From: Bacillota bacterium
GTDB lineage: Bacteria; Bacillota; Peptococcia; Peptococcales; BICA1-8
DNA length: 64,000 nucleotides
Reading direction: 5' to 3'
Assembly: GCA_049323895.1 (NCBI GenBank)
Contig: JBMOKT010000008.1
Location: 250,243-314,242, forward strand
Positions 37,239 through 48,267 of this stretch are shown piece by piece. The translations under genes were made by a program, and so were the position numbers. The notes under the pieces are model-generated. The model did no database searches. It saw nothing but the letters and a program-made list of their open reading frames with translations, and had not been told where the DNA came from. The stretch's first letter is position 1. Every line of letters starts with the position of its first letter.

Positions 37239-37598
37239 GTGTCTATAAAAATTTACATAGACCATATCCCTGAAAATATTATAAACCAAATGAAAATACT
37301 TAATATTATTGCCAATAAGGACCAGGTGCGAGGTGTTTATGTAAATACTTTCCTAGGTAAAATAAGAGAAGCTTATGTTTTAACTCCCGACAAACTTATT
37401 GCATGGAAAACAAGAATGAATGGTAATGAAAAGAATATAATCAGTTTTAAAAAGATAAAAGATATAACTTATTTTGAGAAAGGCATTTATGGGACTATCA
37501 CCTATCATATCTCATCTAAGAAGACCTATGAGCTAAAACTAAACCGCCAAGATAGTGAGAAGTTTTTAAGCCTTTCTACAGACATCTGGAATAAATAA
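37239..37598 (+). CDS. hypothetical protein
   Basis: 119-aa ORF with a GTG start behind AAGGAGG. No motif recognised. Confidence 0.45.
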   Translation: MSIKIYIDHIPENIINQMKILNIIANKDQVRGVYVNTFLGKIREAYVLTPDKLIAWKTRMNGNEKNIISFKKIKDITYFEKGIYGTITYHISSKKTYELKLNRQDSEKFLSLSTDIWNK

Positions 37599-37692
37599 TT
37601 TTCTAACCACTGACCCATATGGGCACACAGATGCACACGGTTTTGAGTAAGTGTCCATCCGTGTGTGATAGTCACCTGCTACGTGATTTACA

Positions 37693-37878
37693 CTACTTGT
37701 CAGATATGAGTTTACCGCCCACTGCCACGTTGTCTGCACTGTTTTCTTTAATAACTACAATAAAAGAATTATCCTGGAATTCCGGCAGCACCTCTTTGGC
37801 AGCTCTGGTTAACTTGGCAGCAAGCTCTCCCTTCTTCTCCTTGTTCAAAACAGGCCCATCGAATTCTATAATTGGCAT
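37693..37878 (-). CDS. 4-oxalocrotonate tautomerase family protein
   Basis: 61 aa. MPIIEF.. supplies the catalytic Pro1, and size and pattern are typical of the family. Confidence 0.75.
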   Translation of the reverse strand: MPIIEFDGPVLNKEKKGELAAKLTRAAKEVLPEFQDNSFIVVIKENSADNVAVGGKLISDK

Positions 37879-37940
37879 ATCTTCACCTCCTTATCCTTAT
37901 TATTATTTTGTTATAAAAAAAAGATGCACAATGCATCTTT

Positions 37941-38363
37941 TTAATTCAACCCTAAGGTTTTCTCAATATCTAAAAGCAACAAGAGCCGGTCTTTATACTT
38001 ACCAACCCCCTCTATGAATTTCCTCTCTACCGCTTCGGTAAATTCAGGGTTTTCAATATCTTCTTCTTTAAGCCTGATAACCTCTGTTACATTATCAACA
38101 GTTATGCCAACAGTAATATCGTCTTTATTTAAAATTATCACCCTGGACTGGTCTGTCAGCTTTTCCTCCGAATTGGCAAATCTTTTGTGGAGATTAATAA
38201 CAGGGACCACTACTCCCCTTAAATTGATAACACCTTTAATAAAATTTGCAGTCTTAGGTACTCTGGTAACATTGGTGGGTCTAATAATCTCCCTTACATC
38301 ATTAATTCTTACCGCATATTCTTCCTGACCCAGTCTGAAAGCAACCAATTGTCTTTCTACCAT
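37941..38363 (-). CDS. cheW: chemotaxis coupling protein CheW
   Basis: 140 aa with a CheW-like domain (QLVAFRLGQEEYAV..IINLRGVVVPVINL). Confidence 0.9.
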   Translation of the reverse strand: MVERQLVAFRLGQEEYAVRINDVREIIRPTNVTRVPKTANFIKGVINLRGVVVPVINLHKRFANSEEKLTDQSRVIILNKDDITVGITVDNVTEVIRLKEEDIENPEFTEAVERKFIEGVGKYKDRLLLLLDIEKTLGLN

Positions 38364-38375
38364 AAGTGTTCCCCC

Positions 38376-40355
38376 CTAAAATAAGGTTGTAATATCCAGG
38401 ATTAAAGACACTTTTCCGTCACCTAGTATTGCAGCCCCTGCAATTCCAGGAATTCCATTTAAAAACTTTCCTAAAGAACTGATTACAATTTCCTGCTGCC
38501 CAATCAATTCATTTACAATTAAACCGAGCAGTTTGTCATTCTTTTTAACTACTACAACGTACAATTCATTATCCGTCAGATTTTCCAGATTTGGAACTCG
38601 CAAAACTTTACCCAGCCGTACCAGAGGAAGGACATTGTTTCTTAAAACCATGACTTCCTGGTCTTGAACCTTTTTAATCTCGCCTAAATCTATACTAGTA
38701 GTTTCATTAATATTAGCCAGCGGTATGGCGTAGATTTCTTCTCCTATCTTCACCATAAGGGCCTGGATAATTGCTAGTGTAAGAGGAAGCTTGATAGTAA
38801 AACGGGTTCCTTGTCCCTCTCTTGTTTCAACAGCAACTTGTCCCTTTAAGGCTTGGATTTTAGATCGTACAACATCTAGTCCCACTCCTCTCCCGGAAAG
38901 GTCTGTAATCTGACTGGCAGTACTAAAACCTGGGGAGAAGATAATATTTACAATTGCATTTTCATCCATTTGCTCTAATTGACTTTGGGTAAACAAACCC
39001 TTCTCCAAAGCTTTCTTTTTGATAGCTGTTACATTTAGACCCTGTCCATCATCTTCCACCATAATAACAATAGAATTACCTTCCTGCTTAGCTGTCAGGC
39101 GTAAGGTGCCCTGGGGGGACTTGCCTTTTTTTTGTCTTTCTGCGGAGCTTTCAATACCATGGTCTATAGAGTTGCGCAGGAGATGAACTAAAGGGTCAGA
39201 AATTTCATCTATCACTGTACGATCTAATTCTGTTTCCTTACCCTCCATTATTAGGTTTATCTCTTTCCCCAGTTCCTTTGTGACATCCCTTACCATACGA
39301 GGGAATCTATTAAAAACCTGTTCGATTGGAACCATTCGTACATCCATAACAACTGCCTGTAAATCGGAAGATATCCTGTCAATCTGTTCAGCCGTCTCAT
39401 TTAAAGCTGTTAAATCATTGGTTTTAAAAATTTGTTCTAATCTTGTTTTGTTTATTACCAATTCCCCTACTAAATTCATAAGACGGTCCAGTTTACCAAT
39501 ATCCACTCGAACTGTCTGGCTAATCTTATTACTTCCGCCTTGCTTTTTGGCGTCCTGCTCCTTCTCGGAGCTTGCGGGGTTTTCTATTTTAGTCCCCTCT
39601 CCATCAATCTGTGCCTTTGGTTCATAAACGGTGCTAAGGGCCTTGATTTCGGTAATTTGCACTTCACTTATTTGATCAATTACTTTTCTTACTTCAGCTT
39701 CTTTCCCTGTAGTAATTAATATAACGGTAAATTGGTTGTCAAACTTCTCATCTTCAATATCCTGAACAGATGGGATGGATTTTATTATTTCTCCCAGCTT
39801 CTCTAAATTGTTAAACACCATAAAAGCCCGGACGGCTTTCATGATGCAATCGGGAACAATACTTACAGTTATTTGAAAACTGTTTAACTGTTTTTCCTGG
39901 GCGGTCTTTATAGCATGATGGTCATAATCGTTCAACTCAACCTTGTTATAATCTGCAGTCGTTAAACTTGCTTCTGCAGAAGGGTCAAAATTTTGTAGTC
40001 TGTTTAAAAGATTGGAAATATTATAACCTTCCACATTCTTTGCTGCCACATTTTCAACCATTATTTCAAGGGCATCGACACAGTTAAAGAGAATTTCACC
40101 AATCTCCGGGTTAAAGGCAAATTTATCCTCCCTCAATTCATCTAACATATTCTCCATCTTATGGGTTAATTCAGCTATTTTTTCAAAACCCATGGTTGCC
40201 GACATTCCTTTTAATGTATGGGCAGACCTGAATATTTCATTTACTGCATCCTTATTCTGCGCATCCTGCTCTAATTTTAATAATTCTTGGTTTAAAATTT
40301 GCAAATGTTCCCTTGATTCTTCTAAAAATAAGTTTAAATATTCACTAATACTCAT
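38376..40355 (-). CDS. cheA: chemotaxis histidine kinase CheA
   Basis: Hpt H-box FRSAHTLKGMSATMGF, kinase N/G1/G2 boxes (HLLRNSIDHGIE, DDGQGL, GRGVGLD) and a C-terminal CheW-like domain. Confidence 0.95.
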   Translation of the reverse strand: MSISEYLNLFLEESREHLQILNQELLKLEQDAQNKDAVNEIFRSAHTLKGMSATMGFEKIAELTHKMENMLDELREDKFAFNPEIGEILFNCVDALEIMVENVAAKNVEGYNISNLLNRLQNFDPSAEASLTTADYNKVELNDYDHHAIKTAQEKQLNSFQITVSIVPDCIMKAVRAFMVFNNLEKLGEIIKSIPSVQDIEDEKFDNQFTVILITTGKEAEVRKVIDQISEVQITEIKALSTVYEPKAQIDGEGTKIENPASSEKEQDAKKQGGSNKISQTVRVDIGKLDRLMNLVGELVINKTRLEQIFKTNDLTALNETAEQIDRISSDLQAVVMDVRMVPIEQVFNRFPRMVRDVTKELGKEINLIMEGKETELDRTVIDEISDPLVHLLRNSIDHGIESSAERQKKGKSPQGTLRLTAKQEGNSIVIMVEDDGQGLNVTAIKKKALEKGLFTQSQLEQMDENAIVNIIFSPGFSTASQITDLSGRGVGLDVVRSKIQALKGQVAVETREGQGTRFTIKLPLTLAIIQALMVKIGEEIYAIPLANINETTSIDLGEIKKVQDQEVMVLRNNVLPLVRLGKVLRVPNLENLTDNELYVVVVKKNDKLLGLIVNELIGQQEIVISSLGKFLNGIPGIAGAAILGDGKVSLILDITTLF

Positions 40356-40382
40356 CTTTTACCCCCTAGAAATCAAATTAGG

Positions 40383-40853
40383 TTAGGCTGCTCTTTTCTC
40401 TGCAGATATATTGATGGTTATTTTTGCCCCTTCAAAAATATTAACCGGTACACAAATCATTTGTTCCTTTTGAGTAATCACAATATTACTACCCTCTAAA
40501 ACAGTGGGGCTGGTTATGTTAATGGCTATTCCCTGATTTGCAAAAAGGGTGGCCGTAGTGCCTAAAATCATATTGCACAGTTCACTGACGGCACTCTTTG
40601 AAAGCTCATTAAATTCAACATCCATACCACCCATCATTTGGGAGGCTATATTTACACAACTAACCTTATCAATGTTTATTATTACTTTTCCATTCATTTC
40701 TCCCGTTACACCAATAATAATTAGTAGCTCCTCTTGGCTATTTACAGGCGTATCTTTTACATAGGCTTTTTCAAAGGCCGGCATTGTACCCAAAACCTGG
40801 GTGACAATATCACTGGTGGCCTTTAAAAATGGATTAATATATTTAACATTCAT
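40383..40853 (-). CDS. cheX: CheX/CheC-family chemotaxis phosphatase
   Basis: 156 aa. N-terminus MNVKYINPFLKATSDIVTQVLG is typical of CheX. Located in the che operon. Confidence 0.7.
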   Translation of the reverse strand: MNVKYINPFLKATSDIVTQVLGTMPAFEKAYVKDTPVNSQEELLIIIGVTGEMNGKVIINIDKVSCVNIASQMMGGMDVEFNELSKSAVSELCNMILGTTATLFANQGIAINITSPTVLEGSNIVITQKEQMICVPVNIFEGAKITINISAEKRAA

Positions 40854-40993
40854 TGTTATTTACACTCCTTTAATTATGTATTACTAAATAGCATTCCTGG
40901 AGGCAGCCTGGCAATCTTAGCATATAACCTTAGACCCTAGGCTTTGCGTCCTGCCCTTTCGAACAGTTTGCCCTTATTGTAAATAATTGATTT

Positions 40994-41029
40994 TAAAAAG
41001 CCAACACTAGAATTAATTCTGTGCTGGCA
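40994..41029 (-). terminator. intrinsic terminator after the mcp gene
   Basis: Minus strand GCCAGCAC-(loop)-GTGTTGGC followed by TTTTT. Confidence 0.6.
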
Positions 41030-41153
41030 TATCTTTTTAATCTAATAACCTCCCATTTTAACTAAATTTGGTTATTATTATATATTATAATCACAAAATT
41101 TTCCATATTTTTCGACATATAATTAAAATTTTTTTATAAAATTGGGGGGTTAT

Positions 41154-42872
41154 TTAAATTTTAAACTGGCTGATTTTATCCCCTAACTTCTGAGTCATAT
41201 TTTCCAACTCGGACATAGTTGCCCCTATCTCTTCCAATGTACCTGCCTGCTGTTGAATACCTGCTGAAATTTCCTGGGCATTTGCCGCAGTTTCATCAGT
41301 CACTGTAACAATATCGTTTACAGAGGCTGTCATTTCCTGACTCAATGCCGACTGCTGCTGGGCGGCAGCGGCCATTTCCTGGATTTGCGTATTTATTCTG
41401 CTTATTGCATTTACAATCTCAACAATTCTGCCTTTAGCCCCCTGAACCTGGGTAACAGTACTAGTAATCTGCTCACCGGTTTTATTGCTGGTAATAACAG
41501 CACTCTGGGTTTTTTCTTGTATATTCTTAATAAGATTTTGAATTTCTTTAGCGGATTTTGCAGATTCCTCTGCTAGTTTTCTAACCTCATCAGCAACAAC
41601 GGCAAAGCCCCGTCCATGTTCACCGGCCCTTGCTGATTCAATAGCGGCATTGAGGGCTAAGAGGTTGGTCTGGTCTGCAATACTGCTGATAATATTGACA
41701 AAACCAGAGATATTGTCAGTTGCTTGAACCAAATCCTGCACAACTCTGCCTATCTCTTGTCGACCAGTATCCAAATGGTTAACAGTTTCTTCAACCTTAT
41801 TCATAGCCTGCAAAGTATCCTCGGACTGCTTGCTGATTTTCATACCGACCTCCGATGCATTTTGGGAGGAATTTGCAACATGCTCCGCAGATTTAGCAAC
41901 TTCTTCTGCACCAATATTTGTTTCCTTGAGTATTCCGGCATTGCTTTGGGCACCTTGGGCAACTTTATCTATTCCGATAGCAATATTTGTCATGCTGGCA
42001 TTAGATTCTTCCAAAGCCTTGCTGATTTGTTCAGTAGATAAAGTAACTTGTGATATGGTAGTGTTTATCTCCTCTACTAAAGAACGGTTGGCATTAATCA
42101 TGGTGTTAAAACTATCGGATAAGATTCCTAACTCATCTTGTGATGATATCTCGGACTTAACTGTTAAATCTCCCTTGCTGGCTATTTCCATATTTTCCTT
42201 TAAAACTTTTATTGGCTTAAGAATATACCTATTGGCATAAAACAGTACAGCAATAATTGTTAACAACACTAATAAAACCAGGGCGATTATGATTTTCTGC
42301 CTCTCAGCATTCATAATTTCTGTAACATCATTGATATATATACCTGTTCCTACTATCCACTCCCACGGAGCAAAAGTAGAAACATAGGACATTTTGGGTT
42401 CAATTTTAGTAGTATCATCATAATACTGCCATTGGTAATTTAAGTACCCTGAGCCTTGCCTTTTAGCAATATCTACAAACTCTAAAAATATTTTTACCCC
42501 ATTGGGATCAACTATATTGGAAGCATCCTTGTTTTCTAATTCTGGTTTAAAGGGATGCATTAATACATTAGGCGTAAAGTCATTAATCCAGATATAGTCC
42601 TGGGCACTATCGCCAAATCTAATGGCTCTTAAAGCATCCTTAGCAGCTTTTTGTGCCTCTACAGTTGTTAGCTGTCCTTTCTCGGCTTGGGAATGGTAGA
42701 ACTTTATAATTGAAAGTGCGGAATTAACCAAATCCCTGGTCTGGTCTTCTTTTTCGTGATAAATTTTATCACTGATAGACGGTAGAATATAGAAGAAGGT
42801 AACAAGTGTAAATAAAACTATGGGTATAATCGCTAAGATAACTAATTTTCCTTTAATACTTTTTCCAAACAT
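41154..42872 (-). CDS. methyl-accepting chemotaxis protein with a Cache-type extracellular sensor
   Basis: TM, periplasmic Cache-like domain, TM, HAMP, and the conserved signalling hairpin [39 protein letters not shown]. Confidence 0.9.
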   Translation of the reverse strand: MFGKSIKGKLVILAIIPIVLFTLVTFFYILPSISDKIYHEKEDQTRDLVNSALSIIKFYHSQAEKGQLTTVEAQKAAKDALRAIRFGDSAQDYIWINDFTPNVLMHPFKPELENKDASNIVDPNGVKIFLEFVDIAKRQGSGYLNYQWQYYDDTTKIEPKMSYVSTFAPWEWIVGTGIYINDVTEIMNAERQKIIIALVLLVLLTIIAVLFYANRYILKPIKVLKENMEIASKGDLTVKSEISSQDELGILSDSFNTMINANRSLVEEINTTISQVTLSTEQISKALEESNASMTNIAIGIDKVAQGAQSNAGILKETNIGAEEVAKSAEHVANSSQNASEVGMKISKQSEDTLQAMNKVEETVNHLDTGRQEIGRVVQDLVQATDNISGFVNIISSIADQTNLLALNAAIESARAGEHGRGFAVVADEVRKLAEESAKSAKEIQNLIKNIQEKTQSAVITSNKTGEQITSTVTQVQGAKGRIVEIVNAISRINTQIQEMAAAAQQQSALSQEMTASVNDIVTVTDETAANAQEISAGIQQQAGTLEEIGATMSELENMTQKLGDKISQFKI

Positions 42873-43045
42873 CTTCTAACGACCCCTTTTCTTAACCTTA
42901 TTTTACTTTATATTACCTATTACCTATGTTCGCACTTAGTTAAACAAACACCTTACAAAATTCGACATATTTTTTAGGAAAAAATCTTATATATTAAATA
43001 AAAAAATAAAATACTACAAGCATTAGTAGATGTGGTGCTTTAATT

Positions 43046-43082
43046 AGAAAAAAACATATTAATTTAGTAATTAATATGTTTA
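43046..43082 (-). terminator. intrinsic terminator after sbcC
   Basis: Minus strand AAACATATTAAT-TACTAA-ATTAATATGTTT followed by TTTTTT. Confidence 0.7.
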
Positions 43083-43114
43083 AAGTGAAGACTATATTTT
43101 TGACAGATAAGCAG

Positions 43115-46100
43115 CTAAGCAGTTTCTATACTTAGGCACGTACCCCGTCCTCCTTTTAGGGCGGGTTCAACAACAAGACTGCGGGAAATTCTGGCCCTCA
43201 ATTCAGGGACATGGCTAATAATACCGATGGTCATTTTTTCCGTATGCAGCCTTTCCAGAGAATTCATCACAGTTTCCAGCAAAAAACTATCAAGGGTGCC
43301 AAAGCCCTCATCCAAAAAGAAAAATTGCAAGGGATACTTGCCTTTAAGTTGGATTTGTCCCGATAAAGCCAAAGCTAATGCCAAAGAGGTCAAAAATGTC
43401 TCCCCGCCCGAAAGGGTTGCAACAGGTCTGCGCAAACCACCATTGGCATCATCCCTGATTATAAAACCTCCTTCAGAATCTACTTCCAAAGCATACCGGT
43501 AGTTGGTTAATTCACCTAATCTGCGGGAGGCATCTAGAGAAATGCTTATAAGCTGTTCTTCTGCCATGTATTCCACAAAGGTATTGCCGCGAAATAGCTT
43601 TTCTAATAGGACGAGCTTGTCCAGTTCCATGCTTAATAGTTTCCTCTCCCTCTCTAAGTCCTGCCAGCGGACATAATTATTATTCAGGGTTTGGAGATTT
43701 CCCTCCAGCTTATGTACTTTTGCTTGGGCTTCCTCCAGTTCCTTTTCCAGGGTAATTTTTTGCCTCGAAAACTGGAGCCATTGTTCTTGGGTAATACTCC
43801 TCCCAGCTAGTTTATTTTCCAAGGCTTCAATATTTTTTTCTTTTATTAATAAGCTATTACGGTAACTTTCAATTTCGCCTTTTAATTTTTCACATTCCGC
43901 AGGCAAAAGGAATGAAGACTCTGCCTCCTCACAGGAGTTAAAGCCATACTCAGCTAATTTATCATTTAATTGCCTTTCACCTTCAAATATTCTGAAACAA
44001 ATCCCCTCTATTTCTTGATCCGCTGACAAAAGGGCACCTTTTTTTTCCTCCCAGGAAATCTTTGTCTGCTCCTTATTTTCTACTGCTTTATTAAATTGCC
44101 TATTTATAGATTCCAATTCAATCAAAACCAACTCTTTTGCCTCTTTGGGTTTTTTTCCACCGGTAATATCGTTAATTTTAGATGTATACTCAGATATCAA
44201 ATTATTAGAGTTCTGCCCTTCTTGCTTAATAACTTCCAGGCTTTGCAGCAGTTTTGCCTTCAAGTCTTGTCGTAGGGAAAGCTGTTCATAGTAATAATCT
44301 AACTGCTGAACTGCTTCTTTTTCCAAGCTTCTTAATCTTTCTACATCCTGTTTTGCCTCCTTGAGTAAGTCAACTCGGTTTAAAATCTCTTCAGCCGACA
44401 GTCCCTGGGCAGAATTCTTAAAAGCAAGCAGCTTTTCATCCCGTTCTATAATGAACTTTTTTTCCTTTTCCTTTAAGTCTTCCAAATCTTCACCCATGGC
44501 AGCAGCTCTTGCTTCTTCTTGCTTCAAGAAAACATACACTTGGTTTACTTGTTTTGAAAGGGCGTCTGCCTCTTTTGCCAGTCTTTCCTTATGACTGGTA
44601 TATGAATCCAATAAAGTTTGTTGATTTTGATAGTACTCCTTTTCCTCTGCCAGCTTCATCTTGATATGGGCAAGAGACAACTGCTGCCAGTTACCAGGGA
44701 GATTTTGCACATTTAAATCAAGAGCTGTTTGCAGTTCCCGAGCTTTAGACTCTAACTGAATCTCTTCTTTTTTAATATTTTCATTTTGTATTTTAAGGGC
44801 TGCGATTTCCTGGGCAATAACTCTGTATTTTTCTTCAATTTCTTTTAGGTTTTGTTTATGCGACAGCAGCGCATTTTGCAGGTTTGCAATCCCATCCTCT
44901 GACCCGTCAAGGATTGGGGCCGGGTTGGGATGGTCTAGAGAACCGCAGACGGGACAGGGAATATCTTTTTGCAGCCTGCTGCTTAATAATGACCCATAGC
45001 TTTGCACTTCCTTTTCCTTAATAAGGATTTCCAGGTCATTAACTGCAGAAACAAATTTTTCCCTCTGTAAAGCTGCTTGATTAAGATAGAGCACCTGTTC
45101 CTGTAATTGTCTTTCGAATAATCTTTGCTTATCTCTATTTTCAGATATTTGCTTCTGGATATTGACCAATAATGTCTGGTAGTGTTCTAAAGTAAATACT
45201 TCTTTTTCCCATTGGGAAATTTTCATGAGGAGACTATTTAGTTCATCTTGTTCCAAGACGGGTCTCGGCAGTTGATGATTTTCTTGTTCCTTTATTTGTT
45301 GCCGCCGTGATATTTCTTCCAGTTCATGCTGATATGCTTTTACTTTCTTTTGAATAGCATCAAAATTTTCTTCTTTATTTTTTTTATTTAGATTGAACTC
45401 AAGTAAACCCTTTTCAGCATCCATAAAGACCTGCAAAGTTTCTTTTTGTCTATTAATAACTTCCTCCTGCTTCAGAAGTTGTTCTTTTGCTTGTATTGCC
45501 CCATTAAGATCGTCTCTTTTATTTTGAAAAAAGGTCTTTTTCTTATCTAGTTCCTTAATCTCAGCTATAAGAGCCTGATATTCATTATTTAAAGCTGTAT
45601 ATTCTGCCAATAGCAATTCACGCTTACCCTGCAGCTCATCCCTTTTTTGTTCAGCAATAAATGCATCTTCCAGTCTATGCAGGGTAATTTTCAGCTTTTC
45701 CCCCTGGGTATTTATTATTTCCTGCCATTTTAGCAGGTCCTGTTCTGCCCCCTGATAAGCCTGTTTTACTAATACCAACTGCGCTTTCAATATTGCCGCT
45801 TCTTCTGTTCTTTGTCTTTTGAGTTTGTTTTCATTTTTGAGATATGTTATAAAGGGCTTTAGATAATCAGCCTGAACAGCACCTTTTAGCCTTTCCTCTT
45901 TCCCCCTGATTTCTTCCTGTAAGCTTTGCAAGGAATTTTGTATTTCTAACTCCTGAGCTAGTTCCTCCTGGAGTTGTAAAATCTGCTTAAAATCTTCCTC
46001 TCTTTTTCTGAATTCCTCCGCCTTTGTTTTCAGAGTTTGCAGGATTTTTGTTTCCTGCGCCAGATTCTCTGTCAGGTGTTCTATTGCCTCAGGTGATGCA

Positions 46101-46720
46101 TCACCAAGTTCACTTTGCCTGCCTCTGATCTTCTCTTCATTTATTTTAGTATGGTTTAAACGGTTTTTAATGTTCTGTATTAACTGTTCACCGTATTTCT
46201 CCAGGTTAAAAATCCTTTGCAGCATTTTCCTTCTTTCCGCACCCTGCAGTGTTAAAAACTCTTGGAATTTGCCCTGGGGAAGGACAACAGCACGGGTAAA
46301 ATCCTCTGAAGTAAGCCCTAGAATACCCTGTATTTTTTCATCCACTTCCCTTTTTTTATCAGCAATGACCTGAGGTTCATCCTCCATGAATTCCATCAAA
46401 CGGCAGCTCTGTTGATTTATGCTGCCGTCACTGCTCTTCTTATAAGAGCGTTCAGCACTAAACTTCCTGTCTCCTATTTCAAAGGTAAAACCCACATATG
46501 CTTTTTCCTCATTTTGATTAATAATTCCCGAAGTAGCACCCTTTGCCCGCTCAACCTTACCATACAAGGCCAGGGTTATAGCATCGAGAACCGTTGATTT
46601 GCCGCTGCCCGTTGGTCCGAATATTCCAAATACGCCTGCTTCACAAAGGGAAGTAAAATCAATTTCCTGTTGCTCCCGAAAGCTATTGAGACCTGCAATA
46701 ATTAGATGAATAGGTTTCAT
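43115..46720 (-). CDS. sbcC: SbcC (Rad50-like) exonuclease ATPase subunit
   Basis: 1201 aa. Walker A GPTGSGKST, long coiled coils with the CPVCG zinc hook, signature LSGGETF, Walker B FFFLDEGFG. ATGA overlap with sbcD. Confidence 0.95.
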   Translation of the reverse strand: MKPIHLIIAGLNSFREQQEIDFTSLCEAGVFGIFGPTGSGKSTVLDAITLALYGKVERAKGATSGIINQNEEKAYVGFTFEIGDRKFSAERSYKKSSDGSINQQSCRLMEFMEDEPQVIADKKREVDEKIQGILGLTSEDFTRAVVLPQGKFQEFLTLQGAERRKMLQRIFNLEKYGEQLIQNIKNRLNHTKINEEKIRGRQSELGDASPEAIEHLTENLAQETKILQTLKTKAEEFRKREEDFKQILQLQEELAQELEIQNSLQSLQEEIRGKEERLKGAVQADYLKPFITYLKNENKLKRQRTEEAAILKAQLVLVKQAYQGAEQDLLKWQEIINTQGEKLKITLHRLEDAFIAEQKRDELQGKRELLLAEYTALNNEYQALIAEIKELDKKKTFFQNKRDDLNGAIQAKEQLLKQEEVINRQKETLQVFMDAEKGLLEFNLNKKNKEENFDAIQKKVKAYQHELEEISRRQQIKEQENHQLPRPVLEQDELNSLLMKISQWEKEVFTLEHYQTLLVNIQKQISENRDKQRLFERQLQEQVLYLNQAALQREKFVSAVNDLEILIKEKEVQSYGSLLSSRLQKDIPCPVCGSLDHPNPAPILDGSEDGIANLQNALLSHKQNLKEIEEKYRVIAQEIAALKIQNENIKKEEIQLESKARELQTALDLNVQNLPGNWQQLSLAHIKMKLAEEKEYYQNQQTLLDSYTSHKERLAKEADALSKQVNQVYVFLKQEEARAAAMGEDLEDLKEKEKKFIIERDEKLLAFKNSAQGLSAEEILNRVDLLKEAKQDVERLRSLEKEAVQQLDYYYEQLSLRQDLKAKLLQSLEVIKQEGQNSNNLISEYTSKINDITGGKKPKEAKELVLIELESINRQFNKAVENKEQTKISWEEKKGALLSADQEIEGICFRIFEGERQLNDKLAEYGFNSCEEAESSFLLPAECEKLKGEIESYRNSLLIKEKNIEALENKLAGRSITQEQWLQFSRQKITLEKELEEAQAKVHKLEGNLQTLNNNYVRWQDLERERKLLSMELDKLVLLEKLFRGNTFVEYMAEEQLISISLDASRRLGELTNYRYALEVDSEGGFIIRDDANGGLRRPVATLSGGETFLTSLALALALSGQIQLKGKYPLQFFFLDEGFGTLDSFLLETVMNSLERLHTEKMTIGIISHVPELRARISRSLVVEPALKGGRGTCLSIETA

Positions 46721-47949
46721 TGAGACTCAACCTCTCTCCCTTGATCCACTAATTCCAAAAATAATTTAAGAAGTTCGTCCTTTGGCTCGGACTGAAAATT
46801 CTTCATGTAAAAGCTTTTAAAAAGTTCATCTATTGGAAGATTTATGCGGTCTTCCCATTGTGCCTCTTTTTGAACCATATTTTTTAAAACAGGTCTGATA
46901 TTAATAATATCCGGTCTTATTTCCTTCAATTGTTTAATCTCACCTATAGTTAAAGGCTCATCCAGATGGATAGCCAAGTCGATCCAAGCAAGGTAATCTC
47001 TTTTTTCCTGGCACCATTTAAATACCTGCTGTATTCCTAAAGGGGCATCCCACCGAACTAAGGGGCGGCCGCTGGATAAAGGTATCTCTTTTACAACAGT
47101 TTTACTGCCGGGGCTGCATTCTATCAAATACACAACCTTGGTCTGACCCGCTTCGGAAAAACTGTAGGCCAAAGGAGAACCCGAATACCTCGCATTTTCT
47201 TTATCCCCCACCCGCTGGGGTCTATGCAAATGACCCAATGCAGTATAATGAGCTTTTTCTAAAGGAAGCATTTGTATATCGACAGCAGGGGAACCACCCA
47301 ACTGGATAGGACGCTCCGATTCACTCTCCCTGCCCCCCCGCACAAATAAGTGACTCAGGCAAAGGTTCACTGTATCGTGTCGATAATAACTGCTAAGGTT
47401 ATTTATAAGGGCTCCCACTCTTTGGGAGTAACTTTTTTGCATGACTTCTTCATCCAGGTTAACGGCTAAAATTTCCTTTAGCCTTTGTTCTGAGGGGTAC
47501 GGAAGAGCAATTATCACTGCCTGATGGCTGCAGCCGGGAACAGCCAGTTTTAACCAACCCGGACCTGCATTCACCCTCTGCACCTTCCCCGTCTTAGTAC
47601 CCAATACTGACGCCTGTTCCTTAGGCAGACCCAACAGAGTAATTCCCAACTGTTCCGCTAAGGGATCAGAGGCTGTAATCCGTTCCGGATTGTCATGGTT
47701 GCCGGCAATGGCAACTATCCCCCTCCTGCCTCCTGCCGACAGATTAAATAGTCCTTGATAAAAAAGCTGTTCCGCTTTGGCAGGGGGGTTGGGGGTGTCA
47801 TAGATATCACCTGCTATCAGCACCAGGTCAACCTTCTCCTGCTCTACAATATCACACAATTCATTTATAAATGCTTCCTGCTCTTGGTGCCTGTCCCTGC
47901 CTTCCAGAGACCGCCCCAAATGCCAGTCTGATGTATGTAGGATACGCAT
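46717..47949 (-). CDS. sbcD: SbcD (Mre11-like) nuclease subunit
   Basis: Start at MRILHTSDWHLGR. Phosphoesterase motifs GDIYD and GNHD. Confidence 0.9.
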   Translation of the reverse strand: MRILHTSDWHLGRSLEGRDRHQEQEAFINELCDIVEQEKVDLVLIAGDIYDTPNPPAKAEQLFYQGLFNLSAGGRRGIVAIAGNHDNPERITASDPLAEQLGITLLGLPKEQASVLGTKTGKVQRVNAGPGWLKLAVPGCSHQAVIIALPYPSEQRLKEILAVNLDEEVMQKSYSQRVGALINNLSSYYRHDTVNLCLSHLFVRGGRESESERPIQLGGSPAVDIQMLPLEKAHYTALGHLHRPQRVGDKENARYSGSPLAYSFSEAGQTKVVYLIECSPGSKTVVKEIPLSSGRPLVRWDAPLGIQQVFKWCQEKRDYLAWIDLAIHLDEPLTIGEIKQLKEIRPDIINIRPVLKNMVQKEAQWEDRINLPIDELFKSFYMKNFQSEPKDELLKLFLELVDQGREVESQ

Positions 47950-48000
47950 ATCTTGCATCTCCCTTCTTTTCGATGTTACGTCTAGTAAGCTAGTCTTCAT

Positions 48001-48267
48001 GATAATACACTTTAAGTGGCTACAATTGTTATAGTGCTACAGTGCTACCGAAAAATACTAAAAGGTTATTTACTATGAAAGCTGCACATTCATGGTCACA
48101 CTTTCTTTTACTATCACACTATCAAACTATCAAACTATCGCACTCACAAACTACCAGCACTAGCCACTAGCCACTAACAACTAGCCACTGTTTTTTACCA
48201 GTCACCAGTCACCAGTCACCAGTCACCAGTCACCAGTCACCAGTCACCAGTCACCAGTCACCAGTCA
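48001..48267 (-). repeat. mosaic island D between addA and sbcD, inverted orientation, ending in (CCAGTCA)x10
   Basis: gtgctacagtgctacc 48034-48049; ctatcacactatcaaactatcaaactatcgcactcacaaactacc 48111-48155; cactagccactagccactaacaactagccactg 48158-48190; a perfect 70-nt heptamer array at 48198-48267 abutting the addA TAG stop. Confidence 0.9.

Noticed and set aside
40907-40923. Sigma-54-like CTGGCAATCTTAGCAT on the plus strand
   Set aside because: The GG-to-GC spacing is two nt short of the -24/-12 consensus, and there is no plus-strand gene downstream.
41108-41123. Reading TTCGACATAT as a sigma-28 (SigD) -10 box (GCCGATAT) for the che genes
   Set aside because: It has an extra base relative to the consensus, and the match is on the strand opposite to the genes. 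The motif is kept only as an unexplained recurrent motif.
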